64,000 nucleotides of DNA, taken from contig NIVC01003139.1 of NCBI GenBank assembly GCA_002269645.1, forward strand, positions 53,639-117,638, written 5' to 3'. The position numbers and the translations under genes were made by a program. This stretch comes from Macrostomum lignano. Taxonomy: Eukaryota. Below the pieces are notes generated by a model. The model saw nothing but the letters and a program-made list of their open reading frames with translations. It was not told the DNA's origin and searched no databases. Positions 1 to 18,200 of the stretch are shown here, piece by piece. Each line of letters opens with the position of its first letter. The first letter of the stretch is position 1.

Positions 1-450
1 CGTGTTTCTGTTGATTTCTATGGTTTTTTGTAGGTCGGTTGATTTCTATGGTTTTTGTAGGTCGGTTGATTTCTATGGGTTTCTGTGGATTCCTATAGGT
101 TTCTACGAGTATGATGTTTAGCGGCTTCTATAAATGCCAAGTGTTTCAGGGTGTATCTGAAAATTTCCGTAGATTTTTCATTTTTTTCAAAATCGGGTTT
201 TTTAAATTTGGAAACACCAGGAAGCAAAAGTTTCAGCTATTTACATGGCAACAAGACGGCTTTCTATTAATTTGTGTCTGCTTTTGTTTGCTTTTATAAT
301 TACAGTTGACTGTGTCATTGTTTTGTCCCATTGGAAGAAAAAATTTTTCGTTTCCATTTTGTAGGTCGTTGACAAGCTGTGATATTGTATTAAAATACAA
401 TGTTTACTTAAACATAGACTATAATTACGTTACTATCATTCCCATCCCAG

Positions 451-5613
<5,163 letters not shown>

Positions 5614-5764
5614 TAGTATGAAGTGAATGCGATAATTGAAATTTGCTGAACTACCAAAAAATCTGTACTATATTTCTAGTGCTGCTCTCCTAGTGGCTTG
5701 CTTAGCTTTTATTCTGGTTGTGGTAGTGTGCTCGATCACTTGCAGGTGGTCGAGGGGTTCTAAA

Positions 5765-6020
5765 AGGTCGGGGGTTCGATTCTCGACCGATTAGGAACAA
5801 TCTGTGTCCTTGAGCAAGACACTTCGCTCACCCAGCTTTAAAATGGGTGCCAGCATTAGCTGGGGTAATTGAGGGGGTGTGTGGCGACCCCCCAGTCCTT
5901 GGACTGGACAGTCGTACGCAGCCTTCAGATGCGCCGCGCAATAGCTGCGGCTGAGCTGTCGGTTGCACATCTGGCCGCCCGATTGGGGCAGGTGTAATCA
6001 ATCATAACTATTATTATTGA
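5765..6020 (+). mobile_element. tRNA-derived SINE, copy 1 (5' end diverged)
   Basis: B-box GGTTCGATTC, body GTCCTTGAGCAAGACACT...CACCCAGCTTTAAAATGGGTGCC, (ATT)n-like tail; closely similar inverted copy at 21170-21473. Confidence 0.75.
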
Positions 6021-6569
6021 TTACTTAAAATATACAAATGAATAACTGAACAGCCTAATCGCTCACAGCCTCCTGCAATTAATTATGACTAATTATGAAT
6101 TTCTATACAAAACTAGACTAATAATACGCAATTAGAAATCTCCCTAGAAAAACAAATCTTTCACTTAGTTTTTACACTCTAATACACAGTTTAGAACTTT
6201 ATTTATTCGGAAACATACTTTTTATAACATTTATCTTCTTCCTTCTAAGCTGCAGCTAGTTTTGCACTTTCCAGTTAAAACTATTTTTATTCCGGTTATT
6301 TGTGATTGTAAAGATTAAAAATAAACATGTTTTAATTAACTGACAAAGTTTTTTTTTTAGAGTCAACTATTACGTTATTCGAAATTCACTGTTTCATTAT
6401 TTATTGGACTTGTTTAAACTAGCTTGATGTGAAATTTTACTTATCCTTGATCTAAACTGACCTCTACGCATTGACCTATTTTTTGCATTGTCTATACTGA
6501 CCAAAATTTAAGTCTACATTGACCAAAGTTCAAATAGATTAACCCGAATGAACCAGCTATGATCAAAAT

Positions 6570-7690
6570 TGACCTACATTGACCAAAGTTTTCCTAACTT
6601 GACCCAACTTGACCTACCAAGTCCCACCTTGACCCAACTTGACCTACCAAGTCCCACCTTGACCCAAGTTGACCTACCAAGTCCTAAATTGACCCAAGTT
6701 GACCTACTAAGTCCCACCTTGACCCAATGTGACCTGCCAAGTCCGACATTGCCCTAAGTAAACTTACATTGACTAAGGTTGACCCACCTTGACCCAAGTT
6801 GACCCACCAAGTCCTAAATTGACCCAAGTTGACCTACCAATTTCAAAATTGACCCAAGTTGACCTACCAAGTCCCACCTTGACCCAACTTGACCTACCAA
6901 GTCCCACCTTGACCCAACTTGACCTACCAAGTCCTAAATTGACCCAAGTTGACCTACCAAGTCCTAAATTGACCCAAGTTGACCTACTAAGTCCCACCTT
7001 GACCCAACTTGACCTACCAAGTCCCACCTTGAACCAAGTTGACCTACCAAGTCCCACCTTGACCCAAGTTGACCTACCAAGTCCTAAATTGACCCAAGTT
7101 GACCTACTAAGTCCCACCTTGACCCAACTTGACCTACCAAGTCCCACCTTGAACCAAGTTGACCTACCAAGTCCCACCTTGACCCAAGTTTACCCACCAA
7201 GTCCTAAATTGACCCAAATTGACCTACCAAGTCCTAAATTGACCCAACTTTACCTACCAATTTCAAAATTGACCCAAGTTGACCTACCAAGTCCTAAATT
7301 GACCCAAGTTGACCTACCAAGTCCCACCTTGACCCAACTTGACCTACCAAGTCCTAAATTGACCCAAGTTGACCTACCAAGTCCCACCTTGAACCAAGTT
7401 GACCTACTAAGTCCCACCTTGACCCAACTTGACCTACCAAGTCCCACCTTGAACCAAGATGACCTACCAAGTCCCACCTTGACCCAAGTTGACCCACCAA
7501 GTCCTAAATCGACCCAAGTTGACCTACCAAGTCCTAAATTGACCCAACTTTACCTACCAATTTCAACATTGACCCAAGTTGACCTACTATGTCCTAACTT
7601 GAACCAAGTTGACCAACCAAGTCCTAAATTAACCCAAGTTGACCTACCAAGTCCTGAATTGACCCAAATAAACTAACATTGACTAAGGTC
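6570..7690 (+). repeat. Intergenic minisatellite, 30-bp unit GACCTACCAAGTCCCACCTTGACCCAAGTT
   Basis: More than 30 tandem copies; explains ORF 6789-7676 (TQVDLPSPKL)n. Confidence 0.95.
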
Positions 7691-7857
7691 GACCCACGTT
7701 GATCCAAGTTGACTCACAGTGAGTGACCTATTTGAATTGACCCATTTCGATCTTATTCAATCCCAAAACAATTGATTTTATAAATTTCAATTAATGAAAA
7801 TTGATGACTAAAACTAATTCGCATGCATAAATTATATATGCGATATCGCAATCAACG

Positions 7858-9993
7858 ATGACTCAGCAGCCTCGAATCCTCATCACGGGAGCCGGCATGA
7901 CCCGGTTCACCCGACCTCAAGCATCCCCAAACGACAGTTCAGGTTATGAATTTGATCAACTAGCAGAGCAGGCTGCCGCTGAAGCTCTACGAGACTCCGG
8001 CATCGAGTACAGCAGTGTAGTCGCTGTAGTTGCCAGCTATTGCTACGGCGATCCAGCCTGTGGTCAGCGAGTGGCCTACAGACTCGGCCTGACCGGAGTC
8101 CCAGTGTTCAATGTCAACAATAACTGCTCATCTGGTAGCAGCGCTATAGCTCTCTCCAGAGCTATTCTGATTGCTAATTCCACTATCGGAGCTAATCCGG
8201 GTCCGGTTCTCGTGCTGGGATTTGAGCAGATGGAGCGCGGAGGTTTGAGCAGGCGATATCCTGACCGACCCGATCCAGTGGGACGGCACTGCGATCGGAT
8301 TGGAGCGCTGGGCGGAAACAGAGAGCCCTGCTCGCCTGGAATGTCGCAGTGGACTAGCGATGTGGTGAGCGTTCTGTGGGAATCTCATGGCTTGTGTGTT
8401 GGGAATCTCATGGCTTGCGTGTTGGGAATCTCATGGCTTGTGTGTTGGGAATCTCATGGCTTGCGTGTTGGGAATCACATGATGGTTTGTGTGCTGGGAA
8501 TCTCATGGCGTATGTGCTGGGAATCACATGATGGTTTGTGTGCTGGGAATCACATGATGGTTTGTGTGCTGGAAATCTCATGGCGTATGTGCTGGGAATC
8601 ACATGATGGTTTGTGTGCTGGGAATCACATGATGGTTTGTGTGCTGGGAATCTCATGGCGTATGTGCTGGGAATCACATGATGGTTTGTGTGCTGGGAAT
8701 CACATGATGGTTTGTGTGCTGGAAATCTCATGGCGTATGTGCTGGGAATCACATGATGGTTTGTGTGCTGGGAATCACATGATGGTTTGTGTGCTGGAAA
8801 TCTCATGGCGTATGTGCTGGGAATCACATGATGGTTTGTGTGCTGGGAATCACATGATGGTTTGTGTGCTGGAAATCTCATGGCGTATGTTGGAGTTCAC
8901 GTTAAATTATTAAGAAATCTCACGCCCTACTCATACGGAAATCTCTCACTCTACTCATAGGGAAATCTCTCACTCTACTCACACGGAAATCTCTCACCCT
9001 ACTCATACGGAAATCTCTCACTCTACTCACACGGAAATCTCTCACTCTACTCATACGGAAATCTCTCACTCTACTCATACGGAAATCTCTCACTCTACTC
9101 ACACGGAAATCTCTCACCCTACTCATACGGAAATCACACAGATTCGAATGTTCGCCGGTGCAGCTTCCGAATACCGCGACATTAGCGGGTCGGCCGCCCT
9201 CACCTCCGAGCAGCTGCTGGCCTCGGTGGCATTCAAGTCTCGCCTGCACGGCTCCCAGAATCCTCGAGCGATGCTTTCGAGAGCGCCCAAATCGGCCGAC
9301 GACCTGCTCAAAGCTCCTCTGCTCACTCCGCCAATCCGAGTCAGCTTCTGCGCCCCGGTGGCAACCGGAGCCGCAGCCGTTGTCATGGCAACAGAGTCGT
9401 GGTGGTCCAACAGACGATTGCCAGTCACCGAGCTGGTTGATCAAGAACTAGTCAGCGACTTTTCCGACACATTCTTCGACACAAATAGTGGAGGATACTC
9501 GAGCCTGTGCGGACTGACTCAAGCTCGAGTGGCGTCTAGCAGGATCTACCATAGACAGCGGCTGAATCCCAGGGAGCAGCTGGCCCTGGTTGAGCTGCAC
9601 GACTGTTTCGCTAGTAACGAGCTCATGCTCTACGAAGCGCTTGGACTGGCTGACAAAGGCTGCGCCCAGCAGTACTTCAGTTCCGGTAGATGGATTGACA
9701 GTTTAAACGGTGACGGATCTCTGTACCTGACTGGCAGGCAGGTGGTTAATCCGTCCGGCGGTCTGATGTCGAAAGGACACCCGCTCGGCGCCAGCGGAGT
9801 TGCTCAGTGCGCCGAGATCAGCTGGCAGCATCGAGGTCTGGCTGGTAGAAGACAGGTGCCAGCTCTGGATGAGACCGACTCGAATAGGTGGGCTCTGCAG
9901 CACAATTTCGGCTTGGGGTCCAGCTGCGCTGTGACGCTGTACCGGCGGTACGGTTCCGGTGTTTTGGAGCGGGGTCAGGGGGCCAAGCTTTGA
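7858..9993 (+). CDS. SCP2: Peroxisomal SCPx-type 3-ketoacyl-CoA thiolase (thiolase-only, daf-22/SCPx-like), about 452 aa; exons 7858-8364 and 9142-9993
   Basis: Phase-0 intron GTGAGC...ACAG joins TSDV|IRMFAGAA. SCPx-family motifs ITGAGMTRF, GLTGVPVFNVNNNCSSGS (nucleophile Cys), VELHDCFA, NPSGGLMSKGHPLGASG, ALQHNFGLG; C-terminal AKL* (PTS1). Confidence 0.92.
8372..8890 (+). repeat. Intronic minisatellite with 26+26+23 bp higher-order unit (75 bp)
   Basis: GGGAATCACATGATGGTTTGTGTGCT and GGGAATCTCATGGCGTATGTGCT monomers; explains the repetitive tail of ORF 7858-8913. Confidence 0.93.
8914..9135 (+). repeat. Intronic minisatellite, 24-bp unit GGAAATCTCTCACTCTACTCATAC
   Basis: About 9 copies running up to the acceptor at 9141. 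Confidence 0.93.
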
Positions 9994-10059
9994 GGATTTG
10001 AGTTGGAGATCTGCGCTTCGTTAACACTTTGATTAACGTTTTGACTGTTTTATTTTTGG

Positions 10060-10665
10060 ACTTCAGGGAGGGGAAAGCAACGGTTCTAACGACGGGTGTA
10101 TAGAAAAGGCGGTCTCTGAAAAACCTCAGGGAGAGGAAAGCAACGATTCCCTAGAAGACCTCAGTCAGACAGGGGAAAGCAACGATTCCCCTGAAAGACC
10201 TCAGGGAGGGGAAAGCAACGATTCCCTAGAAGACCTCAGTCAGACAGGGGAAAGCAACGATTCCCCTGAAAGACCTCAGGGAGGGGAAAGCAACGATTCC
10301 CCCTGAAAGACCTCAGGGGGGGAAAGCAATGATTCCCCCTGAAAGACCTCAGGGACGGGATAGCAACGTTTCCCCCTGAAAGACCTCAGGGGGGGAAAGC
10401 AATGATTCCCCCTGAAAGACCTCAGGGAGGGGAAAGCAACGATTCCCCCTGAAAGACCTCAGGGAGGTTTAAAGCAACGATTCCCACTGAAAGACCTCAG
10501 GGAGGGGAAAGCAACGATTCCTCCTGAAAGACCTCAGGGAGGGGAAAGCAACGATTCCCCTGAAAGACCTCAGGGAGGGGATAGCAATGATTTCTCCTGA
10601 AAGACCTCAGGGAGGGGAAAGCAATGATTCCCCTGAAAGACATCAGGGAGGGGATAGCAACGCTT
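10060..10665 (+). repeat. Minisatellite, about 36-37 bp unit GAAAGACCTCAGGGAGGGGAAAGCAACGATTCCCCT
   Basis: About 15 tandem copies downstream of the thiolase stop. Confidence 0.92.
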
Positions 10666-11499
10666 TCATCAAGGGCCTCAATGAGGCAGATAGATGCGCA
10701 ACAGCAACGAAATTTCTAGTGCCTCCTATTCACTCCAAATCACAACAGAATATTCTGATTTTATTTTGATCATTTTATTTTCATTTTTCTCATGGATTGT
10801 AACTAATTGGTAAAATATATACACGGATTTGCTCAAAATATTTCAATATAATTAATCATTTTATTTTCGTTTATTTCTACTTTCGATCGATAGTAGTATA
10901 GCTGGGTGTTAGAATTAAAAAATTAAACGAATATAAAAATGTGCTTAAAATGCTTCTCAGTGGTCAACAACTGACCTCAGAGACTGCTCTTTTATTGTTC
11001 TCTTTTGCGGCTTTCTTAATTCTTTTGCAGACGCTTGTGTTGTGGGTTGACTGTCTCTCTAACCAGTCTAAGCCAGATTGGCCGGGCTGCTGAGGACGGG
11101 GTTGGTCTATTGTCCAAGAAAAAGGCTTCTATATTTAATGCACAGGTTTTTGTAGGTAAAGAGCAGAAGAACTCGGAATTTCTTTTGCTACTCTAAGCAG
11201 GTGAATTCTCTGTAAGTTTTTCTCTAGCTAGCTGCCGGCTAGTAGCTTGTGTAAATTCGCACTCTAAGATCTGTACATGTATTAGTAGTTGTATTAGGAT
11301 TAGGTAGCTCGTACATGAAGTGTATGTTTTTAGGCGTATCTGCGGTAAAATTGTCTAAGACATTTTAGTTCCTATGGGGCTTGGGGTTATTTAGGTACTT
11401 GTGTACTACAACTAAGCACTAGAGAGACTCAATATTTCATACATCGTTAATGCAGTTTATCTATACAAATGCATTTAGGTATCATGTGAGGGCGAAAGA

Positions 11500-12030
11500 G
11501 AAAAGAGGAAAGGGTAGAGGGGAGAGAGAAAGAGGTTAGAGGAGAGAGAAGAGGGTAGAGGGGGGAGAGAAGAGGGTAGAGGGGGGAGAGAAGAGGGTAG
11601 AGGAGAGAAGAGGGTAGAGGGGAGAGAAGAGGGTAGAGGGGAGAAAGAAGAGGGTAGAGGGGGAGAGAAGAGGGTAGAGGAGAGAAGAGGGTAGAGAGGA
11701 GAGAGAAGAGGGTAGAGAGGAGAGAGAAGAGGGTAGAGAGGAGAGAGAAGAGGGTAGAGAGGAGAGAGAAGAGGGTAGAGAGGAGAGAGAAGAGGGTAGA
11801 GAGGAGAGAGAAGAGGGTAGAGAGGAGAGAGAAGAGGGTAGAGAGGAGAGAGAAGAGGTAGAGAGGAGAGAGAAGAGGGTAGAGAGGAGAGAGAAGAGGG
11901 TAGAGGGGAGAGAGAAGAGGGTAGAGGGGAGAGAGGAAAAGGTTGAGGGGAGAGATGATAGGGTAGAGAGGAGAGGGTAACGGAGAGCAGAAAGGGTAGA
12001 GAAGAGGATTGGGTAGAAGGGAGAGAGCAA
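11500..12030 (+). repeat. Purine minisatellite, 21-bp unit GAGGGTAGAGAGGAGAGAGAA
   Basis: Tandem copies; source of spurious (LLSPLYP)n ORFs. Confidence 0.93.
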
Positions 12031-12191
12031 GGAGGGCAGTGATACACTCGCATGTAACTATACTTTGCGACCCTAACGCCAAGAGTTAATCAAGTTCTTA
12101 TAAACCTTACTGCACTTCACTATAAGTATAATATTATTATTAGCTACTAAGCTTAGTAAATCCTTAATAAATTTCAGTGCCGTCTGCATTG

Positions 12192-12205
12192 GTTGCCATA
12201 GCAAC
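12192..12205. promoter_or_regulatory. RFX X-box GTTGCCATAGCAAC
   Basis: Matches the X-box consensus GTNRCC(N0-3)RGYAAC, about 90 bp upstream of the ATG at 12294; CCAAT motifs nearby. Confidence 0.65.
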
Positions 12206-12293
12206 AGCCGGACGCGTGCTCACTGCGGCAGCAGGTTGCAAAGTTTGCAAAGCCCAATAGGCTCATTCATTAATTTATTTCATTCCAAGAGCG

Positions 12294-15200
12294 ATGCCGT
12301 CCGCATGGGAACAGGAAATCCTTGGCGATAATGCCAGCAGTCAACGGCTGCAGATGCTGCTGATGTATCTCATTGTGGCTGCCAGCGTGCTGCTGGCCTA
12401 CGGCCTTGGCTGTCTGGGCTTTAGCGGTGAGCGATCACTTTGATACCAAGCTATGCAGCTAGTCAGATTTGTTTTTTAGCAAAGCTCAAATTTCCGTTTT
12501 TAGGCTGAAGGGTTTGATGATGTATTGAAGAGTACACTGCTATCATCTAGAGCTAATTCTTTAATTTTATTATACCAGCATAGCTTAATATGTATGCATA
12601 AATATAAATCTTTAATGCACATTTCACTTCTTTATCGATCTATTATCACACTCTCTTTCCCATAGACTCTTTACTGAACTGTACCACACACTCTCTTTAC
12701 CACACACTGTACCACACACTCTTTACCACACACTGTACCACACACTCTTTACCACACACTACCACACACTCTTTACCACACACTGTACCACACACTCTCT
12801 TTACCACACAATTTGCCACATACTCTACCACACACTCAATTGTTAGCCACCCATTCTCTATCCCACCCGCTTGGCCACCCCACCCCAGGCGCTTGGCCCA
12901 CCCTGCTGCTAGCTGTGCTGTTCCATCTCTGGCGAGTGCGGGTGGCCCGCCTGACCCAGGTGGCCGTTCAGCGGGCCGCTCTGCTGGCCACTCGTCGCCG
13001 AGCCATGTCCGGGGCTGAGTCGGCCGAGTGGCTCAACTTTCTGGTGAATCGCTGGTGGGCCTTCTCGGCCGAGTCAATCCAGTCGGCGGTGAAGCGATCG
13101 CTCGACTATCAGCTGCAGCAGAGGCGGCCGGGATTTTTGCAGAGCATCAGCTTGGAGCGATTCAGTCTGGGCGAGGACACGCCATGCGTGCGCGAGCTGA
13201 GATCGTTCGAGACCACCGAGGCGGATCAGAGTCTGGTGGGATTGGGTGTGGGGTTTCTGGGTGTGTGGGATTGGGTGTGGGGTTTCTGGGTGTGTGGGAT
13301 TGGGTGTGGGGTTTCTGGGTGTGTGGGATTGAGTGTGGGGTTTATGGGTGTGCGGGATTGGGTGTGGGGTTTCTGGGTGTGTGGGATTGGGTGTGGGGTT
13401 TCTGGGTGTGTGGGATTGAGTGTGGGGTTTATGGGTGTGCGGGATTGGGTGTGGGGTTTATGGGTGTGCAGGATTGGGTGTGGGGTTTCTGGGTGTGTGG
13501 GATTGAGTGTGGGGTTTATGGGTGTGTGGGATTGTGTGTGGGGTTTCTTGGTATGTGGGATTGAGTGTGGGGTTTCTGGGTGTGTGGGATTGATTGAGTG
13601 TGGGGTTTATGGGTCTGTGAGATTGGGTGTGGGGTTTCTGGGTGTGTGGGATTGAGTGTGGGGTTTCTGGGTGTGTGGGATTGAGTGTGGGGTTTCTGGG
13701 TGTGCGGGATTGTGTGTGGGGTTTCTTGGGTGTGCGGGATCGAGTGTGGGGTTTCTTGGGTGTGTGGGATCGAGTGTGGGGTTTGTGGGTGTGCGGGATT
13801 GTGTGTGGGGTTTCTTGGGTGTGTGGGATCGAGTGTGGGGTTTCTTGAGTGTGCGGGATCGAGTGTGGGGTTTCTGGGTGTGCGGGATTGTGTGTGGGGT
13901 TTCTTGGGTGTGTGGGATTGAGTGTGGGGTTTCTGGGTGTGTGAGATTGGGTGTGGGGTTTCTGGGTGTGTGGGATTGAGTGTGGGGTTTCTGGGTGTGC
14001 GGGATTGTGTGTGGGGTTTCTTGGGTGTGTGGGATTGAGTGTGGGGTTTCTTGGGTGTGTGGGATCGAGTGTGGGGTTTCTTGAGTGTGCGGGATCGAGT
14101 GTGGGGTTTCTGGGTGTGTGGGATTGTGTGTGGGGTTTCTTGGGTGTGTGGGATTGAGTGTGGGGTTTCTGGGTGTGTGAGATTGGGTGTGGGGTTTCTG
14201 GGTGTGTGGGATTGAGTGTGGGGTTTCTGGGTGTGCGGGATTGTGTGTGGGGTTTCTTGGGTGTGTGGGATCGAGTGTGGGGTTTCTTGAGTGTGCGGGA
14301 TCGAGTGTGGGGTTTCTGGGTGTGTGGGATTGTGTGTGGGGTTTCTTGGTTGTGTGGGATTGAGTGTGGGGTTTCTGGGTGTGTGAGATTGGGTGTGGGG
14401 TTTCTGGGTGTGTGGGATTGAGTGTGGGGTTTCTGGGTGTGCGGGATTGTGTGTGGGGTTTCTTGGGTGTGTGGGATTGAGTGTGGGGTTTCTGGGTGTG
14501 TGAGATTGGGTGTGGGGTTTCTGGGTGTGTGGGATTGAGTGTGGGGTTTCTGGGTGTGCGGGATTGTGTGTGGGGTTTCTTGGGTGTGTGGGATCGAGTG
14601 TGGGGTTTCTTGAGTGTGCGGGATTGTGTGTGGGGTTTCTTGGGTGTGTGGGATCGAGTGTGGGGTTTCTTGAGTGTGCGGGATCGAGTGTGGGGTTTCT
14701 GGGTGTGCGGGATTGTGTGTGGGGTTTCTTGCCAAAAAATGGCAAAACTATAAATTTTCAGATGTCGGCCACCTGGGCGAACGCTGGCCGCCCGCCACAG
14801 GAGGTGTACCGCTCCTCAAAGTATCGCCTTGTGCTGGAAGCCCAGCTGGAGCTGCAGTGCGACCAGTTTCGCATGGACTTTGCCACCAGAATCAGCCGGC
14901 TGGGCCTGGGGCCCACCGTCAGCTTCGGTCAGTTGAGCCTCAGCGGCCGGCTGCAGCTGTGCGTTCAACTCGATCTCACGGCTAGATTTCCGCACGTTGC
15001 CATGGTCACGGCGGCGTTTAAAGAGCGACCGGATGTTTGGTTTAGCCTGAGAATTACCAGAGCTGTTAATGTGGCGTTTGTGCCAGTGCTGAGGCAGTGG
15101 CTGCGGCAGGCTGTGGAGGAGTCCCTGACCACCGCCATGGTGGATCCGGGGGAGCTGGTGCTGTACGCCAGCCAGGTGAGCTGGCTGTAACTAGGGAGTC

Positions 15201-18200
15201 AATTAGGACTGTAATTAGAGAGTCTATTAGGACTGTAATTAGGGAGTCTATTAGGACTGTAATTAGGGAGTCTATTAGGACTGTAATTAGGGAGTCTATT
15301 AGGACTGTAATTAGGGAGTCTATTAGGACTGTAATAAGGGAGTCTATTAGGACTGTAATTAGGAAGTCTATTAGGACTGTAATTAGGAAGTCTATTAGGA
15401 CTGTAATTAGGGAGTCTATTAGGGCTGCAATAAGGGATAACAGGGCTGTAATTAGGGAGTTAATTAGTGGTGCAATTAGAGATATTAGAGCTGTAATTAA
15501 GAAGCTAATTAGTGGTGCAATTAGAGAATCTCTTAGAACTGTAATTAGGGAATTGATGAGGGGTGCAGTTAGGAAATCTATTAAAACTACGCTCGTATAT
15601 ACTAGGGAAAGTATCTATTAGGCTTGTGTATTTTAGGAACCAATTATCAATCTCACATTGGAGTGCGATTAGCAAATATATTGTTGTAATTAGGGAATCC
15701 ATTAGGTATCTGATTAGAGAAACCAAATTAGTTCTTCTAATTAGACAGTGGCTCAAATTGTGTTATAGATCTAGATTAGATTCTAGATTATCTAGATTAC
15801 GTCTACTCTTTGTTTTAATTATTTGCAAATAGAAGCACAAAATCTCCTAAAAAATCGATCCCAGGACCCCATGGCCCCGCTGGCCGCCGACCCCGCCGAC
15901 CCCGACGCTTCCCCCGCCGCCGCCGGCGCTCGACCAATTCGCGGCGTCCTCACCGTGACGCTGCGGATCTCCAAGGCCTCCGCTGGGTCGGCCAGTCCGG
16001 CTAAGAAATCGTCAGAGGCGACCGGCGAGGCTGTCGACACAGTCGAGGACGCCGACGCCGCGTCAAGCGGTATTCGAATCTGCACCATCAGCTTGGGCAA
16101 GGAGCAGCGGTTGGTGTCCAGGGAGTTCCCGGCCGGTTCCGCCTGCACCCAGGCTGCTTCGTTCTTTGTGCGCGACCTGGCTTCGGAAGAGGTTCGTCCA
16201 GGTGTGGGAATTGTGTGTCCGAGTCCAAGGATTGTGTGTCCGGGTCCGGGGATTGTGTGTCCGAGTCCAAGGACTGTGTGTCCGGGTCCGGGGATTGTGT
16301 GTCCGGGTCCGGGGATTGTGTGTCCGGGTCCGGGGATTGTGTGTCCGAGTCCGGGATTGTGTGTCCGGGTCCGGGGATTGTGCGTCCGAGTCCGATGATT
16401 GTGTGTCCGGGTCCGGGGATTGTGTGCCCGGGTCCGGGGATTGTGTGTCCGGGTCTGGGCATTGTGTGTCCGAGTCCGGGTATTGTGTGTCCGGGTCTGG
16501 GGATTGTGTGTCCGAGTCCGGTTATTGTGTGTCCGGGTCCGGGGATTGTGTGTCCGAGTCTGGGCATTGTGTGTCCGAGTCCGGGGATTGTGTGTCCGGG
16601 TCCGGGCATTGTGTGTCCGAGTCCGGGGATTGTGTTTCTAGGTGGTGCGAATCGTGTCCATGTGTGGGGATTCCTGTCTATGTAAGTGTTCTTTTAACCG
16701 GTCTATTTATAATATCTTAACCACCAACGAACCGACACTTTAGCTCCACATTCACCTGAAGAGTAAGAGCCTGTTTGGCGGCGTGGCTCCAGTTGCCAAG
16801 TGGATTGTGCCCTTGAATGAACAGCCGCTGAAGTCTACTAAAATGTGAGCATTTTGTGCCTGGGCTTTTCAATGCGCCGGTAATATTGAGAACTGCAGAT
16901 AATTACCATGCATGAAGAGGTCACCTGACCCTCCTATCCTTAGGTTTGGAGAGAGGGGTCACATGACCCTCCTGTCTTCAGATATGGAAAGTGGGTTCAC
17001 ATGACTCTCATGTCCTCGATTTTGAGAGAGGGGTCACATGACTCTCCTTTTCGCAGATATTGATAAAAGAGTCACCTGACCCTCCTATCCTTAGTTTTGG
17101 AGAAAGGGGTCACATGACCCTCCTGTTCTCAGATGTTGAGAAAGGGGTCACACGACCATTTTTCCCTTTGATCTGGATCCAGAATTTTTTTATTAATAAT
17201 TTTTAAAACTAGCTATCAATTGTACAATCAAATAAAATATTTAGGCATTGATTTTTTCATTTTTATCATTTTTTTATTCAGTGTGCAGATTGCAGAGGTT
17301 CAGAGATCATCCAGCCTGAACGCTCAGCTAGAGTACACGGAACTGCCAGACCTGAAGTTGGAGAGTGTGCAGCCAACTCAAGTGTACTCCGGTAAGTCTT
17401 TTTCAATAATTAACAGTAAGAAGCATATCATAGGTGTCTAGTATATATTTAGTAGTCAAAAATATTGAGTCTTAGTCTCAGATGTAAACGTAAGCGACTA
17501 AATGTTAAAATTATTTCAGAATCTGGTCGACCAATTCGTGAGAAAAAGCTTTAATTTTTCTTGTTTTTATTTTTTTCTGTAAACCGGCCCCTGTATCAGT
17601 TTTTTGTTGATTTAAAGTCATTTTTAAATCTTTGAAAATTAAAACAAAACTTGTTGTACGCGATTCCTTTATTATTTTTAATGTTGTTGAAATTCAATAA
17701 AAATTTTGTTTTTGTCTATTTATTTTAACGAAACAAATTATTTGATTTTTAATAGGAAATCTGTTGAGCAGATGTTTCTGAGATGTAACAAAATTTAATC
17801 AGAAAGTAATTTTGAAGTTCATTAATAGGTTTATAATTTTTCTGGTTATTTAAAAACTATTTGCTTTTGTTCGATCCATTAAAACTGCTCCATTAAAATA
17901 AAAGAAATGATCATTACAAATAGCTTAAAACAGTCTATTAAATTTCTGTTTCCAACTTCAGTCTCGGGCGCGCTGTTTATCAAAGTACACGGCGCCTCGA
18001 ATCTGCTGGGCATGGATCGCACTGGGCAGTCGGATCCTTATTGTGTAGTTTTTGTCAATCGTAGAAAGGTTTGTCGCCTAACAAAGCTGAATCTTAATCT
18101 TTTTTTACATTGTAGAAAGCTTAAAAGGTTGGTAAAATTTATGCAAAAACTACTTTTTCTAGATTGGCAGCACGCCTTACGTTAAGCAGACCAAAAATCC

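Noticed and set aside
13458-14745. Long ORFs in tandem arrays (also 6789-7676, 11447-12082, 24544-25216, 25545-27062, 32161-32684, 34779-36930, 39975-40442)
   Set aside because: They are translations of minisatellites open in several frames and strands, and lie inside phase-consistent introns or intergenic DNA.
16642-16681. Cryptic 40-nt exon TTTCTAG|GTGGTG...CTAT|GTAAGT
   Set aside because: Good splice signals, but inclusion shifts the frame or leads to a stop with either upstream donor; at most a poison exon.
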